Shown here piece after piece: positions 1 to 13,552 of a stretch of 64,000 nucleotides of DNA (position 1 is its first letter; each line of letters begins with the position of its first letter). The DNA is from Escherichia coli. Lineage in GTDB: Bacteria > Pseudomonadota > Gammaproteobacteria > Enterobacterales > Enterobacteriaceae. The notes under the pieces were generated by a model that saw only the letters and a list, made by a program, of their open reading frames with translations, had not been told where the DNA came from and ran no database searches. The DNA lies in NCBI RefSeq assembly GCF_024502345.1, contig NZ_JALDNN010000001.1. The stretch is one strand, 5' to 3'. The position numbers and the translations under genes are program-made.

Positions 1-278
1 GGTAAGGTTAATGCCAGCGTCAGCCAGGCCGGATCGGCCCCCATCGCTGCCAGATCGCTTAGGTTCACCGCCAGTGCTTTATAAGCCAGATCCGCAGGAT
101 CGATATCAGGGAGGAAGTGGTTGCCCGCCACCAGCGTATCAGTGCTGATCGCCAGGGTCTGTTTCTCGGGGATATTGAGAAGTGCGCAATCGTCGCCGAT
201 GCCCAGTTCGACATCAAGACGAGAACTTCTTACACGGTCAAAATAACGGGCAATCAGGGAGAACTCGCCACATGCCAT
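1..278 (-). CDS. thiL: thiamine-monophosphate kinase ThiL, N-terminal part (gene runs off the window start)
   Basis: Minus-strand ATG at 276-278 then [34 protein letters not shown]..., frame open through the positions translated (181-278); lies directly downstream of nusB as in the nusB-thiL operon. Confidence 0.8.
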
Positions 279-355
279 ACGTTATGCCTCAGCAGGTAAA
301 AAAGAAAAGGCCGGCGATCATGGAACGGTCTTCCGTGAATCTACCGGCCTGGATA

Positions 356-775
356 TTACTTTTTGTTAGGGCGAATCACAGGTGCTGCTTTATCGAGTAC
401 ACCGTTGACGAACTTATGGCTGTCTTCTGCGCCGAACGATTTCGCCAGTTCGATCGCTTCGTTAATGGCCACTTTGTATGGCACATCGCTACGTTTAGAC
501 AGTTCGTACAGCGCAATGCGCAGTACTGCTTTTTCTACCTGTCCCAGTTCTTCCAGCAGGCGGGACAGGTATGGCTTCATCAGTCCGTCGAGGTATGCGG
601 TATTAGTCGCCACCCCGGCCAGCAGCTCACGGAAGTACAGGACGTCAACGTCTTTTACATCCTGTTCAGCCAGGAACTGGTATTCAACATCAGCGATGTC
701 GTTCTGGGACAACTGCCAGGAGTAGAGCGCCTGGACGGCACACTCACGAGCGCGGCGACGAGCAGCAGGTTTCAC
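356..775 (-). CDS. nusB: transcription antitermination factor NusB
   Basis: Track ORF 139 aa, [20 protein letters not shown]...; length and sequence match NusB. Confidence 0.95.
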
Positions 776-794
776 GGATTTCCCCTTACTAATT

Positions 795-1265
795 TCAGGC
801 CTTGATGGCTTTCAATACATTAATCATTTCAAGCGCGGTCAGTGCAGCTTCTGCACCTTTGTTGCCAGCTTTGGTGCCAGCACGTTCGATCGCTTGTTCA
901 ATGCTTTCAGTGGTCAGAACCCCAAAAGCAACCGGAATTTCGCTGTCCTGGGCAACATGCGCCAGGCCGTTGCTTGCACCACCAGCGACATATTCAAAAT
1001 GGGCAGTGCCACCACGAATAACCGTACCCAGCGCAATCACCGCGTCGTATTTACCGGTTTTAGCCAGTGCACCCGCCGCCAGCGGCAGCTCATAGGCACC
1101 AGGCACCCAAACAACGGTAATGTTTTCATCTTTTACCTGACCGATACGTTTCAGTGCATCAATTGCACCTTCCAGCAGGCTGTCATTGATAAAGTTGTTG
1201 AAACGCGCGATGGTGATGGCGACGCGAGCGTCCGGGGTAGCAACGTTAGCTTCAATAATGTTCAT
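795..1265 (-). CDS. ribE: 6,7-dimethyl-8-ribityllumazine synthase
   Basis: Track ORF 795..1361; recognised N-terminus [24 protein letters not shown] gives a 156 aa product starting at 1265. Confidence 0.9.
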
Positions 1266-1353
1266 TTTCTTCCTTCGGGTTCGAGTATGGCCCCGCAGGG
1301 GGGCGGATTTTAGCATAATATTTCGTGCGCTGCTTCCCTTTCGAGCCGGGAGA

Positions 1354-2457
1354 TCATGCACCCACTAAATGCAGGCAAACATCCGGGCCTACATGACGTA
1401 TCTCTTTGAATTTAAATTGGGGGGCGTCAGCTAATTTCTCAAGCCCTGGCAGTGTGCATAATCCACGGGCGTCGCTGCCTAATAGTTTAGGTGCGATATA
1501 GACAATCAGCTCATCGACTAAACCCGCCTGCAGCAATGCGCCAGCGAGCGTTGGCCCCGCTTCCACCCAGATGCTGTTAATCTGCTGTTTACCCAGTTGC
1601 ATCATCAGTACAACCAGATCCAGATGACCTTTATGCTCTGGAATCAGCAAGGTACGCACCGTTTCCGGCCACTCACGAGAATCTTCCTGCGTACGCGCGA
1701 ACCAGGTTTCGCCGGGCTGCTGCACAATGTGATGTTCCGGCGTCACGCGATTTTGGCTATCAATCACAATACGTACCGGCTGGCGGAGATTTTGTTGCGG
1801 GTAGAGCGCCTGAGTTTGTTCATCCAGTTCAGACCAACGCACCGTTAAGGCAGGATCATCCGCCAGCACCGTAGCGCTGCTGGTTAAAATGGCATGACTT
1901 TGTGCGCGCAGTCGTTGTACGTCGCGCCGCGCCTGAGGCGAAGTGATCCACTGGCTTTCGCCGCTCGCCATCGCCGTGCGGCCATCAAGCGATGCGCCAA
2001 GTTTTAACTGAATATAAGGAAAGCCGGTGCGCATCCGCTTGAGAAAGCCTTTATTCAATTGCTCGGCTTCACTCATCATCAGCCCGTGGCTGACGTCAAT
2101 GCCAGCCTGTTGCAAACGGTAAAGTCCACGCCCAGCGACCTGCGGGTTCGGGTCCTGCATCGCAGCGACCACGCGCGCTACACCAGCGGCGATGAGTGCG
2201 TCACAGCACGGTGGCGTACGACCATGATGGCTACAGGGTTCGAGTGTGACATAGGCGGTCGCACCTTTGGCTTTTTCACCCGCCATTCGCAATGCGTGTA
2301 CTTCGGCATGTGGTTCACCCGCTCGTTGGTGGTAACCTTCACCGACAATTTCGCCATCTTTGACGATGACGCACCCGACATTCGGGTTGGGGTGGGTGGT
2401 AAAACGTCCTCGTTGCGCCAGCTTTAGCGCCCGCGCCATGTAATACTCGTCCTGCAC
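1354..2457 (-). CDS. ribD: bifunctional riboflavin biosynthesis deaminase/reductase RibD
   Basis: Track ORF 367 aa, [17 protein letters not shown]...; cytidine/dCMP deaminase zinc motif HAEVHAL...[11 protein letters not shown]. Confidence 0.95.
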
Positions 2458-2460
2458 GGC

Positions 2461-2946
<486 letters not shown>

Positions 2947-3060
2947 TTACCCTGAACTGACGATACAACAAAGGCGCAACGCTTTTGAGATAAAGGATCG
3001 ATGCTTTCGCTGCTTTTACCCTCTACCATTAGGCTAATTGCGACGAGAAAGGGACGACCT

Positions 3061-3600
3061 ATGAATATTAACGTTTTTCGACTGATCCTGCTGGGAAGCC
3101 TATTCAGCCTTAGCGCCTGTGTGCAGCAAAGTGAAGTGCGACAGATGAAACACAGCGTCAGCACGCTGAACCAGGAGATGACGCAACTCAATCAAGAAAC
3201 AGTCAAAATCACTCAGCAAAACAGGCTGAATGCAAAATCCAGCAGTGGGGTTTACCTTCTGCCTGGAGCGAAAACACCGGCAAGACTGGAAAGCCAGATC
3301 GGTACTTTACGTATGTCGCTGGTGAATATTACGCCTGATACAGATGGCACCACCCTGACACTACGTATTCAGGGTGAGTCGAATGATCCCTTGCCCGCAT
3401 TCAGCGGAACTGTTGAATATGGGCAAATTCAGGGAACAATAGACAACTTTCAGGAAATCAATGTACAGAATCAATTGATTAATGCCCCTGCCAGCGTCCT
3501 CGCCCCCAGCGATGTTGATATTCCGTTACAGTTAAAGGGGATTTCTGTGGATCAGTTAGGCTTTGTACGTATCCACGACATTCAACCTGTTATGCAGTAA
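3061..3600 (+). CDS. yajI: lipoprotein YajI
   Basis: Track ORF 3001..3600; lipoprotein signal peptide MNINVFRLILLGSLFSLSAC (lipobox LSAC) begins at 3061. Confidence 0.85.
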   Translation: MNINVFRLILLGSLFSLSACVQQSEVRQMKHSVSTLNQEMTQLNQETVKITQQNRLNAKSSSGVYLLPGAKTPARLESQIGTLRMSLVNITPDTDGTTLTLRIQGESNDPLPAFSGTVEYGQIQGTIDNFQEINVQNQLINAPASVLAPSDVDIPLQLKGISVDQLGFVRIHDIQPVMQ

Positions 3601-3898
3601 ACGTATAGCGGGGCGATTTTGTGCGTCCCGCAACATCCTTCCCCATCATTTTGTTACTCCGCTTACATAACCCAGATTGATAGTAAAAGTTTGCAACAAG
3701 GGCGAAAGTCAGTACAATCCCCGCCCGAATGTGTGTAAACGTGAACGCAATCGATTACGTAAATGATAGAACTGTGAAACGAAACATATTTTTGTGAGCA
3801 ATGATTTTTATAATAGGCTCCTCTGTATACGAAATATTTAGAAACGCAATTTGCGCCTTTTTCACTCCCGCAAGGGATTTTCAAACAGTGGCATACAT

Positions 3899-4783
3899 AT
3901 GAAAAAAACATTACTGGCAGCCGGTGCGGTACTGGCGCTCTCTTCGTCTTTTACTGTCAACGCAGCTGAAAACGACAAACCGCAGTATCTTTCCGACTGG
4001 TGGCACCAGAGCGTTAACGTTGTCGGAAGCTATCACACCCGTTTCGGACCGCAGATCCGCAACGATACCTACCTTGAGTACGAAGCATTCGCTAAAAAAG
4101 ACTGGTTCGACTTCTATGGTTATGCGGATGCGCCGGTATTCTTCGGCGGTAACTCCGATGCAAAAGGTATCTGGAACCACGGTTCTCCGCTGTTTATGGA
4201 AATCGAACCACGTTTCTCCATCGACAAGCTGACCAATACTGACCTTAGCTTCGGTCCGTTCAAAGAGTGGTACTTCGCGAACAACTACATTTACGACATG
4301 GGTCGTAATAAAGATGGTCGCCAGAGCACCTGGTACATGGGTCTGGGTACCGATATCGACACTGGCCTGCCGATGAGCCTGTCCATGAACGTCTATGCGA
4401 AATACCAGTGGCAGAACTATGGCGCAGCGAACGAAAACGAGTGGGACGGTTACCGTTTCAAAATTAAATACTTTGTGCCGATTACCGATCTGTGGGGCGG
4501 TCAGCTGAGCTACATCGGCTTTACCAACTTCGACTGGGGTTCCGATTTAGGGGATGACAGCGGTAACGCAATCAACGGTATTAAGACCCGTACTAATAAC
4601 TCTATCGCTTCCAGCCATATTCTGGCTCTGAACTACGATCACTGGCACTACTCTGTCGTAGCTCGTTACTGGCACGACGGTGGTCAGTGGAACGACGATG
4701 CAGAACTGAACTTCGGCAACGGCAACTTCAACGTTCGCTCTACCGGCTGGGGTGGTTACCTGGTAGTAGGTTACAACTTCTGA
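3899..4783 (+). CDS. tsx: nucleoside-specific outer membrane channel Tsx
   Basis: Track ORF 3851..4783; [25 protein letters not shown]... signal peptide starts at 3899; ends in aromatic residue (..VVGYNF) typical of OMPs; 294 aa. Confidence 0.95.
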
Positions 4784-4790
4784 TTATGAA

Positions 4791-4818
4791 AATGCCGGGA
4801 TTTATTCCCGGCATTTCA
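4791..4818 (+). terminator. rho-independent terminator of tsx
   Basis: Hairpin GCCGGGATTTATTCCCGGC (4794-4812) followed by ATTTCAG just after the tsx stop. Confidence 0.6.
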
Positions 4819-4844
4819 GATTGTTAACAACGTGCGCTTTGTTC

Positions 4845-4946
4845 ATGCCGGATGCGGCGTAAACGCTTTGTCCGGCCCACAAAAGCACGTAAATTCAATA
4901 TATTGCTGAAATAACGTAGGCCTGATAAGCGTAGCGCATCAGGCAA
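4845..4946. repeat. REP (repetitive extragenic palindrome) pair
   Basis: GCCGGATGCGGCGTAAACGCTTTGTCCGGC and GTAGGCCTGATAAGCGTAGCGCATCAGGC, canonical REP consensus, between convergent tsx and yajD. Confidence 0.8.
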
Positions 4947-4959
4947 TTTTACGTTTTAA

Positions 4960-5307
4960 TCACTTCTTCTTGTTCATCATCGCTTTCAGGTCAGCGAATG
5001 GGTTGTACTTCGCTTCACCGACATCTTTCTGCGCATCTTCCCCTGCGATAACGGTCGTACCATACTGATCCGCTTCGGTATATTTCGAATGCTCATGATC
5101 GTGGCAATAGAGACAAAGCAATTCCTAGTTACTGCCATCTTCCGGGTTATTGGTATGGTCGTGATCAATGTGGTGAACAGTAAGTTCACGCAGGTTGGAA
5201 TAGACAAACTCGCGGGAACAGCGACCGCAGACCCACGGATAGATTTTTAATGCTTTTTCGCGATAGCCGCTTTCTAACCGCGCATAGTTTTTTGGGATGA
5301 TAGCCAT
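4960..5307 (-). pseudogene. yajD: HNH-family protein YajD, interrupted by an in-frame amber codon (TAG at 5125-5127, minus strand)
   Basis: Track ORF 5125..5307 (60 aa, MAIIPKNYARLESGYREK...NNPEDGSN) stops at TAG; the same frame continues ELLCLYCH... to TGA at 4960-4962, giving the recalled 115 aa YajD length if read through. Confidence 0.75.
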
Positions 5308-5382
5308 GAAAAGTTACCTGGATGAAATGTAGAGTTACGCGCAGTTTCCCAAGATGCGGGGATTATCGCAATCTCCATACAT

Positions 5383-5414
5383 CAAAAAAAATCCCGATCT
5401 TCTGACCGGGATTT
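5383..5414 (-). terminator. rho-independent terminator downstream of secF
   Basis: Minus-strand hairpin AATCCCGGTCAGAAGATCGGGATT followed by a run of 8 T. Confidence 0.6.
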
Positions 5415-5435
5415 TCAACATCAACGGGAAATTGA

Positions 5436-6407
5436 TTAAGGCAGAATTGACGGCTGATCCGCTCCTTCTTTTTCCACTTTCTGCTGCAACATGTGTTCGC
5501 GCTTCATACCCAGTTTCAGAGCCAACGCAGATGCTACGTAGATGGAAGATGCAGTGCCGATGGAAACACCGATAAGCATGGTCAGCGAGAAGCCTTCCAG
5601 TACCGGACCACCGAAGAGATACAGCATCAGGATAACCATCAAGGTAGTACCGGATGTGATCAAGGTACGGTGCAGCGTCTGGGTCAAGGACACGTTAAAG
5701 ATTTCGTAAGGCGTACCGCGACGGATCTTGCGGAAGTTTTCACGAATACGGTCCGATACCACGATACTGTCGTTAAGCGAGTAACCGATAACCGACATCA
5801 ACGATGCCACAATGGTCAGGTCAATCTCGATATGGAATAACGACAAAATACCCAGCGTAATGATAACGTCGTGCGCCAGCGCAATAACCACCCCTGCCGC
5901 CAGTCGCCACTCAAAGCGGAAACCTACGTACACAAGGATAGACAGCAGCGCTGCCATCAACGCCATCGCACCGGTTTGCGCAAGGTCTGCCCCCACGCTC
6001 GGACCGACGAACTCAATACGCTTCACTGCTGCATTCTGATTGGTGGATTCGTTAATCACCTTCAGAACCTGGCTGCCCAGCACCTGACCGCCGGTTTCGC
6101 CTTCAGCAGGCGGCATACGGACCATGATGTCGTGGCTGCTACCAAAGTTTTGCAGCATCGGCTCTTCAAAACCGGCTTTTTGCAATGCATCACGCATTAC
6201 GTCAATTTCAGCCGGTTTTTCGAGCGTAATTTCGATAACCGTACCACCGGTGAAATCCAGCCCCCAGTTAAAGCCGCGCACGCCCATAATAACGATAGCA
6301 GCGATTAACAGCAGACCAGAGATGCCAAAAGCCCAGTAGTCCCAGCGCATAAAGTCATAGACTTTACGGCCGTGGTTTAGTTGTTCAACAGTATATTCCT
6401 GTGCCAC
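5436..6407 (-). CDS. secF: protein translocase subunit SecF
   Basis: Track ORF 5436..6452; recognised SecF N-terminus (V/M)[23 protein letters not shown] starts at a GTG at 6407, giving 323 aa. Confidence 0.9.
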
Positions 6408-6417
6408 ATCGCACTCC

Positions 6418-8265
6418 TCAGATTGACAGCTTCTTGACGCGCTTGCCGCCATATAGCAGGTTTACGATGGCACGCGTACCGACAATCGCGGTAAACATCG
6501 ACGTCGCCACACCGATACCGGTAGTAATCGCGAACCCTTTAATTGCCCCGGTACCCACTGCGTACAGGATGATGACTTTAATCAGCGTGGTGATGTTCGC
6601 ATCGAAGATAGAACTGAATGCGCCACGATAACCTTCATCAATTGCCTGTTGAACAGTACGTCCGTTGCTCAACTCTTCTTTAATACGTTCGTTGATCAGT
6701 ACGTTCGCATCGACCGCTACCGCAAGGGTTAAGACGATACCCGCGATACCTGGCATACTCAGTGTTGCGCCTGGCAACAGCGACATAATACCGACGATCA
6801 AGATCAAGTTGGCAATCAGAGCACTGGTCGCAATCAGACCAAACTTCTTATAGAAGATGATCATGAACAGAATAGAAACCAGCAGACCGGCAAGGCAAGC
6901 CTCCAGCCCCTGCTCAATGTTCTGCATACCCAGGGTCGGGCCAATTGTACGTTCTTCAACAATCTGAATCGGCGCGATCAACGCACCGGCACGCAGCAGC
7001 AGTGACAGCTGACGGGCTTCGTTCGGGTTGTTGATGCCGGTGATACGGAAGCTGTTACCCAGACGAGACTGGATGTTGGCGATGTTAATCACCTCTTCCT
7101 GTTTCACCAGAACCGCACGACCATTTGCATCTTTCTTACCGCTGTCTTTGTACTCCACAAACAGGGTTGCCATCGGTTTGCCGATGTTGTCCTTGGTGAA
7201 GTTAGACATAATGTTGCCACCAGCGCTATCGAGCGAGATGTTAACCTGCGGCTGGTTGTATTCGTCCTGGCTGGAAGTGGAGTCGGTGATATGGTCACCG
7301 GTAAGAATTACGCGTTTGTACAGCACAACCGGCTGACCTTCGCGGGTCTGTTTCACTTCAGAGTCGCCCGGTACGCGACCGGATGCCGCAGCGGCCTGAT
7401 CAACGTTGGTGTTTACCAGACGGAATTCCAGCGTTGCCGTCGCACCCAGAATCTCTTTCGCACGCGCAGTGTCCTGAATACCTGGCAGTTCAACAACGAT
7501 ACGGTCAGCACCCTGACGCTGAACCACCGGCTCCGCCACGCCAAGTTGGTTTACACGGTTACGCAGGATATTGATGTTCTGCTGCACCGCATATTCACGC
7601 GCTTCACTCAGACGAGCATCGCTCATTACCGCACGCAGCTGGTTGCTGCCCTGGCTACTAATCACCAGGTCCGGATGGCGCTTGCTCAGATACGCAATGG
7701 CTTCATCACGAGCTTTAGCATCGCGGAAAGTGATGCTCAGGCCGTAGTTGTTTTCTTTACGAACGGTGGTATACGGGATGCCCTTTTCGCGCAGGTCGCT
7801 GCGCAGGCTATCGATATTTTGTTCCTGGAGTTTGCCAAGCGCGGTGTCCATATCCACTTCCATCAGGAAGTGAACGCCGCCACGCAGGTCAAGGCCGAGC
7901 TTCATCGGCTCAGCGTGAATAGCTGCCAGCCAGCGCGGCGTTGCCGGGGCAAGGTTAAGCGCCACGACGTATTTGTCACCCATAACGCCCATTAATGCTT
8001 CACGAGCGCGCAGCTGGGTGTCAGTGGAGTCGAAGCGCGCAAGAATAGCGCCCTCTTCCAGTGCCACAGACTTAGCAGTTATTTTTTCTTCTTGTAACGT
8101 TTTCTGGACCTGGATCAGCGTTTGCTCACTGGCGGCGACTCCGCGCGCACCAGTGATCTGAACAGCCGGATCCTCACCAAACAGGTTGGGAAGCGCATAC
8201 AGCAGACCGATGACAATCACCACGATCAGCATGACGTACTTCCACAAAGGATAACGGTTTAACAC
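6418..8265 (-). CDS. secD: protein translocase subunit SecD
   Basis: Track ORF 615 aa, [39 protein letters not shown]... Confidence 0.95.
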   Translation of the reverse strand: MLNRYPLWKYVMLIVVIVIGLLYALPNLFGEDPAVQITGARGVAASEQTLIQVQKTLQEEKITAKSVALEEGAILARFDSTDTQLRAREALMGVMGDKYVVALNLAPATPRWLAAIHAEPMKLGLDLRGGVHFLMEVDMDTALGKLQEQNIDSLRSDLREKGIPYTTVRKENNYGLSITFRDAKARDEAIAYLSKRHPDLVISSQGSNQLRAVMSDARLSEAREYAVQQNINILRNRVNQLGVAEPVVQRQGADRIVVELPGIQDTARAKEILGATATLEFRLVNTNVDQAAAASGRVPGDSEVKQTREGQPVVLYKRVILTGDHITDSTSSQDEYNQPQVNISLDSAGGNIMSNFTKDNIGKPMATLFVEYKDSGKKDANGRAVLVKQEEVINIANIQSRLGNSFRITGINNPNEARQLSLLLRAGALIAPIQIVEERTIGPTLGMQNIEQGLEACLAGLLVSILFMIIFYKKFGLIATSALIANLILIVGIMSLLPGATLSMPGIAGIVLTLAVAVDANVLINERIKEELSNGRTVQQAIDEGYRGAFSSIFDANITTLIKVIILYAVGTGAIKGFAITTGIGVATSMFTAIVGTRAIVNLLYGGKRVKKLSI

Positions 8266-8292
8266 GGCAATTCCCTTAGGGAAAAATTTTAA

Positions 8293-8625
8293 TTACAGCG
8301 CCTTCATGGTGCCTTTCGGCAGGACGGCAGCTACGAAGTCACGTTTAATAACTACTTCAGTGGTGTCATTCAGCGCGATAGCAATGTAGCCGTTTTCCGC
8401 TACTTTGGTTACGCGACCAACCAGGCCACCGTTCGTCAGAACTTCATCACCTTTGGCAATGGAGTCCATCAGCTTTTTGTGTTCTTTGGTGCGCTTCTGC
8501 TGTGGACGCAGGATCATGAAATAGAAAATCAGACCGAATACCACCAGCATCAAAATCAAAGACATCGGGCTACCTTGCGCCGGTGCACCCGTTGCCGCTA
8601 CCGCATCAGAAATAAAAAAGCTCAT
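8293..8625 (-). CDS. yajC: Sec translocon accessory subunit YajC
   Basis: Track ORF 8293..8655; recognised N-terminus MSFFISDAVAATGAPAQGSPMSLILMLVVFGLIFYFMILRPQQKR gives 110 aa. Confidence 0.9.
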   Translation of the reverse strand: MSFFISDAVAATGAPAQGSPMSLILMLVVFGLIFYFMILRPQQKRTKEHKKLMDSIAKGDEVLTNGGLVGRVTKVAENGYIAIALNDTTEVVIKRDFVAAVLPKGTMKAL

Positions 8626-8647
8626 TAAATTTCCCTCATTATTAATA

Positions 8648-9790
<1,143 letters not shown>

Positions 9791-9830
9791 TCAGAAAAAC
9801 AGTCCAACGTTTTAAACCAGCGCCGCGGAA

Positions 9831-10901
9831 TTACTCCCCGACGCGCTCATTAATTGCCTGCGGATTGTACGTGATAAACATCGCATCACCGTAACTAAAA
9901 AAGCGATATTTCTCTTCTACCGCTGCTTTATAGGCGTTCATGGTGTGTTGATAACCGGCAAAGGCCGAAACCAGCATAATCAGCGTCGATTCCGGCAGGT
10001 GGAAGTTTGTCACCAGCGCATCGACCACTTTGTACTGGAAGCCCGGATAGATAAAGATTTGGGTATCGTCAAAGAACGGTTCGATAAGATCGTTTTTCGC
10101 CGCCTGAGCCGCGCTTTCCAGCGAACGTACTGAGGTGGTGCCAACCGCAATCACCCGGTTACCGCGCGCTTTCGCCGCCAGTACCGCGTCTACCACATCC
10201 TGCGGCACTTCAGCGTATTCCGAGTGCATGATGTGATCTTCAATGGTGTCGACGCGCACCGGCTGGAAGGTGCCCGCACCAACGTGCAACGTCACAAACG
10301 CCATCTCCACGCCTTTGGCGCGTAATTTTTCCAGCAAAGGTTCGTCAAAATGCAGACCTGCGGTCGGGGCTGCAACCGCGCCCGGTTTTTCGCTATAAAC
10401 GGTTTGATAAAGTTCGCGGTCAGCGTCTTCGTCCGGACGGTCGATATACGGCGGCAGCGGCATATGGCCGATGCTATTGAGAATATCCAGCACCGAGCGT
10501 TCATCATTAAATTCGACTTCAAACAGTGCGCCGTGGCGCGCGGTCATTGTTGCGTTAATACTTTCGTCATCGCCCAGCAGCAGTTCTGCGCCAGGTTTTG
10601 GCGCTTTCGAGGCGCGAATATGCGCAAGAATGCGTTTGTCGTCGAGCATCCGTTCAACCAGCACTTCAATCTTGCCGCCGCTGGCTTTACGCCCAAACAG
10701 GCGCGCCGGGATCACGCGGGTATTATTAAAAACCAGAAGATCGCCGGGGTTGAGCTTATCAAGTAAATCGGTGAAAGTACCGTGCGTCAGCGCGCCCGTC
10801 GGCCCGTCCAGCGACAGTAAACGACAGCTACTGCGTTCAGGCATGGGATAGTGGGCAATCAGGGATTCGGGCAATTCAAAGGAGAAATCGGTAACGCGCA
10901 T
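9831..10901 (-). CDS. queA: S-adenosylmethionine:tRNA ribosyltransferase-isomerase QueA
   Basis: Track ORF 356 aa, [29 protein letters not shown]... Confidence 0.95.
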
Positions 10902-10993
10902 GACACTGACTCAGACTAAAATAAGAGGCGGGTAGTCTAGTGCCGGGGCGCTCTCCCTGCAACCTTTACCCCCTTTTGGATAGAATATAATCG

Positions 10994-11575
10994 ATGAATT
11001 TTTTAGCTCACCTGCATTTAGCCCATCTCGCGGAAAGCTCGCTTTCCGGCAATTTACTGGCTGATTTCGTACGCGGAAATCCTGAAGAAAGTTTTCCGCC
11101 CGACGTCGTGGCTGGCATTCATATGCATCGACGTATCGACGTATTAACCGACAATCTGCCGGAAGTCCGCGAAGCACGGGAATGGTTTCGTAGTGAAACT
11201 CGCCGCGTTGCGCCTATTACGCTGGATGTCATGTGGGATCACTTTCTTTCCCGCCACTGGTCGCAGCTGTCGCCGGACTTTCCGCTACAGGAATTTGTCT
11301 GTTATGCCCGCGAGCAAGTGATGACGATTTTGCCGGACTCACCGCCACGTTTTATCAATCTGAACAATTACTTGTGGTCAGAGCAGTGGCTGGTGCGCTA
11401 TCGCGATATGGATTTCATCCAGAACGTGTTAAACGGCATGGCAAGCCGCCGCCCACGTCTGGATGCCCTGCGTGACTCCTGGTACGATTTAGACGCTCAT
11501 TATGACGCCCTCGAAACCCGCTTCTGGCAGTTTTATCCGCGGATGATGGCGCAGGCGTCACACAAGGCGTTATAA
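10994..11575 (+). CDS. acpH: acyl carrier protein phosphodiesterase
   Basis: Track ORF 193 aa, [32 protein letters not shown]... Confidence 0.9.
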
Positions 11576-11579
11576 AACG

Positions 11580-13397
11580 TTAGTTCATCCATACCGTAGC
11601 CGAAATGGCAGGCAAAGCCAGAATCCCGTCAGTCAGTTGCCCATGCCCTTCTTTGCATTGCCATTGCACGGCATTGAGCAACGGTGACGCGGGTAGCACG
11701 ACTTCACAAGCTTCGCCACGGTTGATTGCCACCAGTACACGCTGCTGATTCAGCATGCGGACAAATACCACCACGTTATCTTCCGCATACAGCACCTGAC
11801 AGCCGCCATGACGTAGCGCCTGACTTTTCTTACGCAGCGCAATCATTCGCTGGTACAGCGCGAATAACGCCGTATCCTGCTTTTCCACCTGCCAGGGGAA
11901 CGGTTTACGGCAAAACGGATCGTTTTTGCCATCCAGTCCTACTTCATCACCGTAATAAATGCACGGTACACCAGGCCAGGTGAACAGCCAGACCACCGCC
12001 AGCGGCAGGCGCGCAATATCCCGACCGAGCAGCGTTTTAAATCGCGCAGTATCGTGGCTGTCGAGCTGATTAAACATACGTAATTGTTGTTGATGAGAAA
12101 GCCCTGCGCGGTAATTATCCATCCAGGCCATACAGGTTTGGGCATCAATTTGCTGCGGATCGTAAGAGATATCGGTATTGGCAAGAAATCCCCACAACGG
12201 GAATGTGAAGCCACGATAGTTCATGGCGGCATCTTCCACATCGGCCTGTAACCATTGCCGTGCATCGCCAAAATGTTCGCCGACAATATACGCTTCCGGC
12301 TGGGTTTCTTTCGCCGCTTCGGTGATCCCAGCAACGTGCTGCATATTATTGCGCGCCCCACCCGCCTCCCCTAGCATATGCACCACATCCAGCCGCCAGC
12401 CGTCCATACTCCACGGCGCTTTCAGCCAATGGCGGACAATACTGTCTTCCCCGCGATAAATTTCATTCACCAGACTTTCCGACTGATAATCCAGCTTCGG
12501 CAAGCTGGCATAGCCAAGCCAGTCGAGCGCCGTGCCATCATCACTAAACGAGTACCAGTCGCGCCAGGGCGATTCAGGGTTGTGACAAGCTCCCCCCGTG
12601 CCACGATTGTGCCTGTCAAACCAGGCATGGGAATCGCCACTGTGGTTAAACACGCCATCCAGCACCAGCCGCATTCCCAGCTGCTGCGTATTGTGGCGTA
12701 AGCGCAGCAACGCCCCATCACCGCCAAACTGCGGATCGACATGGCGATAATCCTCGGTATCGTATTTATGTACGCTGGGAGCTTTAAACACCGGATTGAG
12801 ATACAGCGCCGTCACGCCAAGCTTTTTCAGATACGGCAGTTTTTCGCTTATCCCGTCCAGATCGCCGCCATAGAACGTTGATCCGCCCGCCTGCGCCGTG
12901 ACCGGTTCATCCCAGTCACGCAAGATGATCTCTTGTCCGGCTGCATGATGGTAATAGACATGATCCTGTTCAGCTTCACGAGGAAGACTACGCGCAAAAC
13001 GATCAGGGAAGATCTGATAAAAAATCTGATCCGCAGCCCATTGTGGGCCGATATCCGGTACATCGACGGCAAACTGCTCCAGTCGTGCCGGCGGCATTCG
13101 GCTGAAGCCCTGCGGTGTAAACCAACGCTGGCGATCGTGCCACAGCAGTTTGAAACTGTAACGCCGCCGGGGTTGTCCGCTGGAGAGATCAATCGCCGCA
13201 CGCCATGCGGTGACGCCTGGCTGCGGCTGACTGCGCTGCTTATGCATTGGTACTGACATTTCTTCGTTATCGTGTTCTGTACGCAGCATAATGCGCTGCG
13301 GTGGGTCTTCGCCCGTCAGCCACAGTGTAATGAGCAGTTGATCTTTGCTTTGTTTAACAAATGGGGGCACCGGCAGGTGCCATGCATTTAACATCAT
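11580..13397 (-). CDS. malZ: maltodextrin glucosidase MalZ
   Basis: Track ORF 605 aa; GH13 alpha-amylase family motifs ([24 protein letters not shown]); position between acpH and proY. Confidence 0.9.
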   Translation of the reverse strand: MMLNAWHLPVPPFVKQSKDQLLITLWLTGEDPPQRIMLRTEHDNEEMSVPMHKQRSQPQPGVTAWRAAIDLSSGQPRRRYSFKLLWHDRQRWFTPQGFSRMPPARLEQFAVDVPDIGPQWAADQIFYQIFPDRFARSLPREAEQDHVYYHHAAGQEIILRDWDEPVTAQAGGSTFYGGDLDGISEKLPYLKKLGVTALYLNPVFKAPSVHKYDTEDYRHVDPQFGGDGALLRLRHNTQQLGMRLVLDGVFNHSGDSHAWFDRHNRGTGGACHNPESPWRDWYSFSDDGTALDWLGYASLPKLDYQSESLVNEIYRGEDSIVRHWLKAPWSMDGWRLDVVHMLGEAGGARNNMQHVAGITEAAKETQPEAYIVGEHFGDARQWLQADVEDAAMNYRGFTFPLWGFLANTDISYDPQQIDAQTCMAWMDNYRAGLSHQQQLRMFNQLDSHDTARFKTLLGRDIARLPLAVVWLFTWPGVPCIYYGDEVGLDGKNDPFCRKPFPWQVEKQDTALFALYQRMIALRKKSQALRHGGCQVLYAEDNVVVFVRMLNQQRVLVAINRGEACEVVLPASPLLNAVQWQCKEGHGQLTDGILALPAISATVWMN

Positions 13398-13552
13398 AAT
13401 TCCCCTGTGATGAAAATCTGATCACCTTGCCATAGCCTAATGCAGGATCACTCATCATCTGAAGGATATTTGGGGGAGGAGGACGGGGGCGGATAACTTT
13501 CGGAATAGCCGGATCAGGATTTCCTCCTGAACCGGCTTACAGAACGCAAGTA

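Noticed and set aside
182-805. 207-aa plus-strand ORF spanning the thiL start and nusB
   Set aside because: Overlaps two well-supported minus-strand genes; shadow frame
3663-3911. 82-aa Cys-rich minus-strand ORF upstream of tsx
   Set aside because: Lies in the AT-rich tsx promoter region and overlaps the tsx start; no RBS context and implausible composition
7291-7995. 234-aa plus-strand ORF
   Set aside because: Antisense to secD
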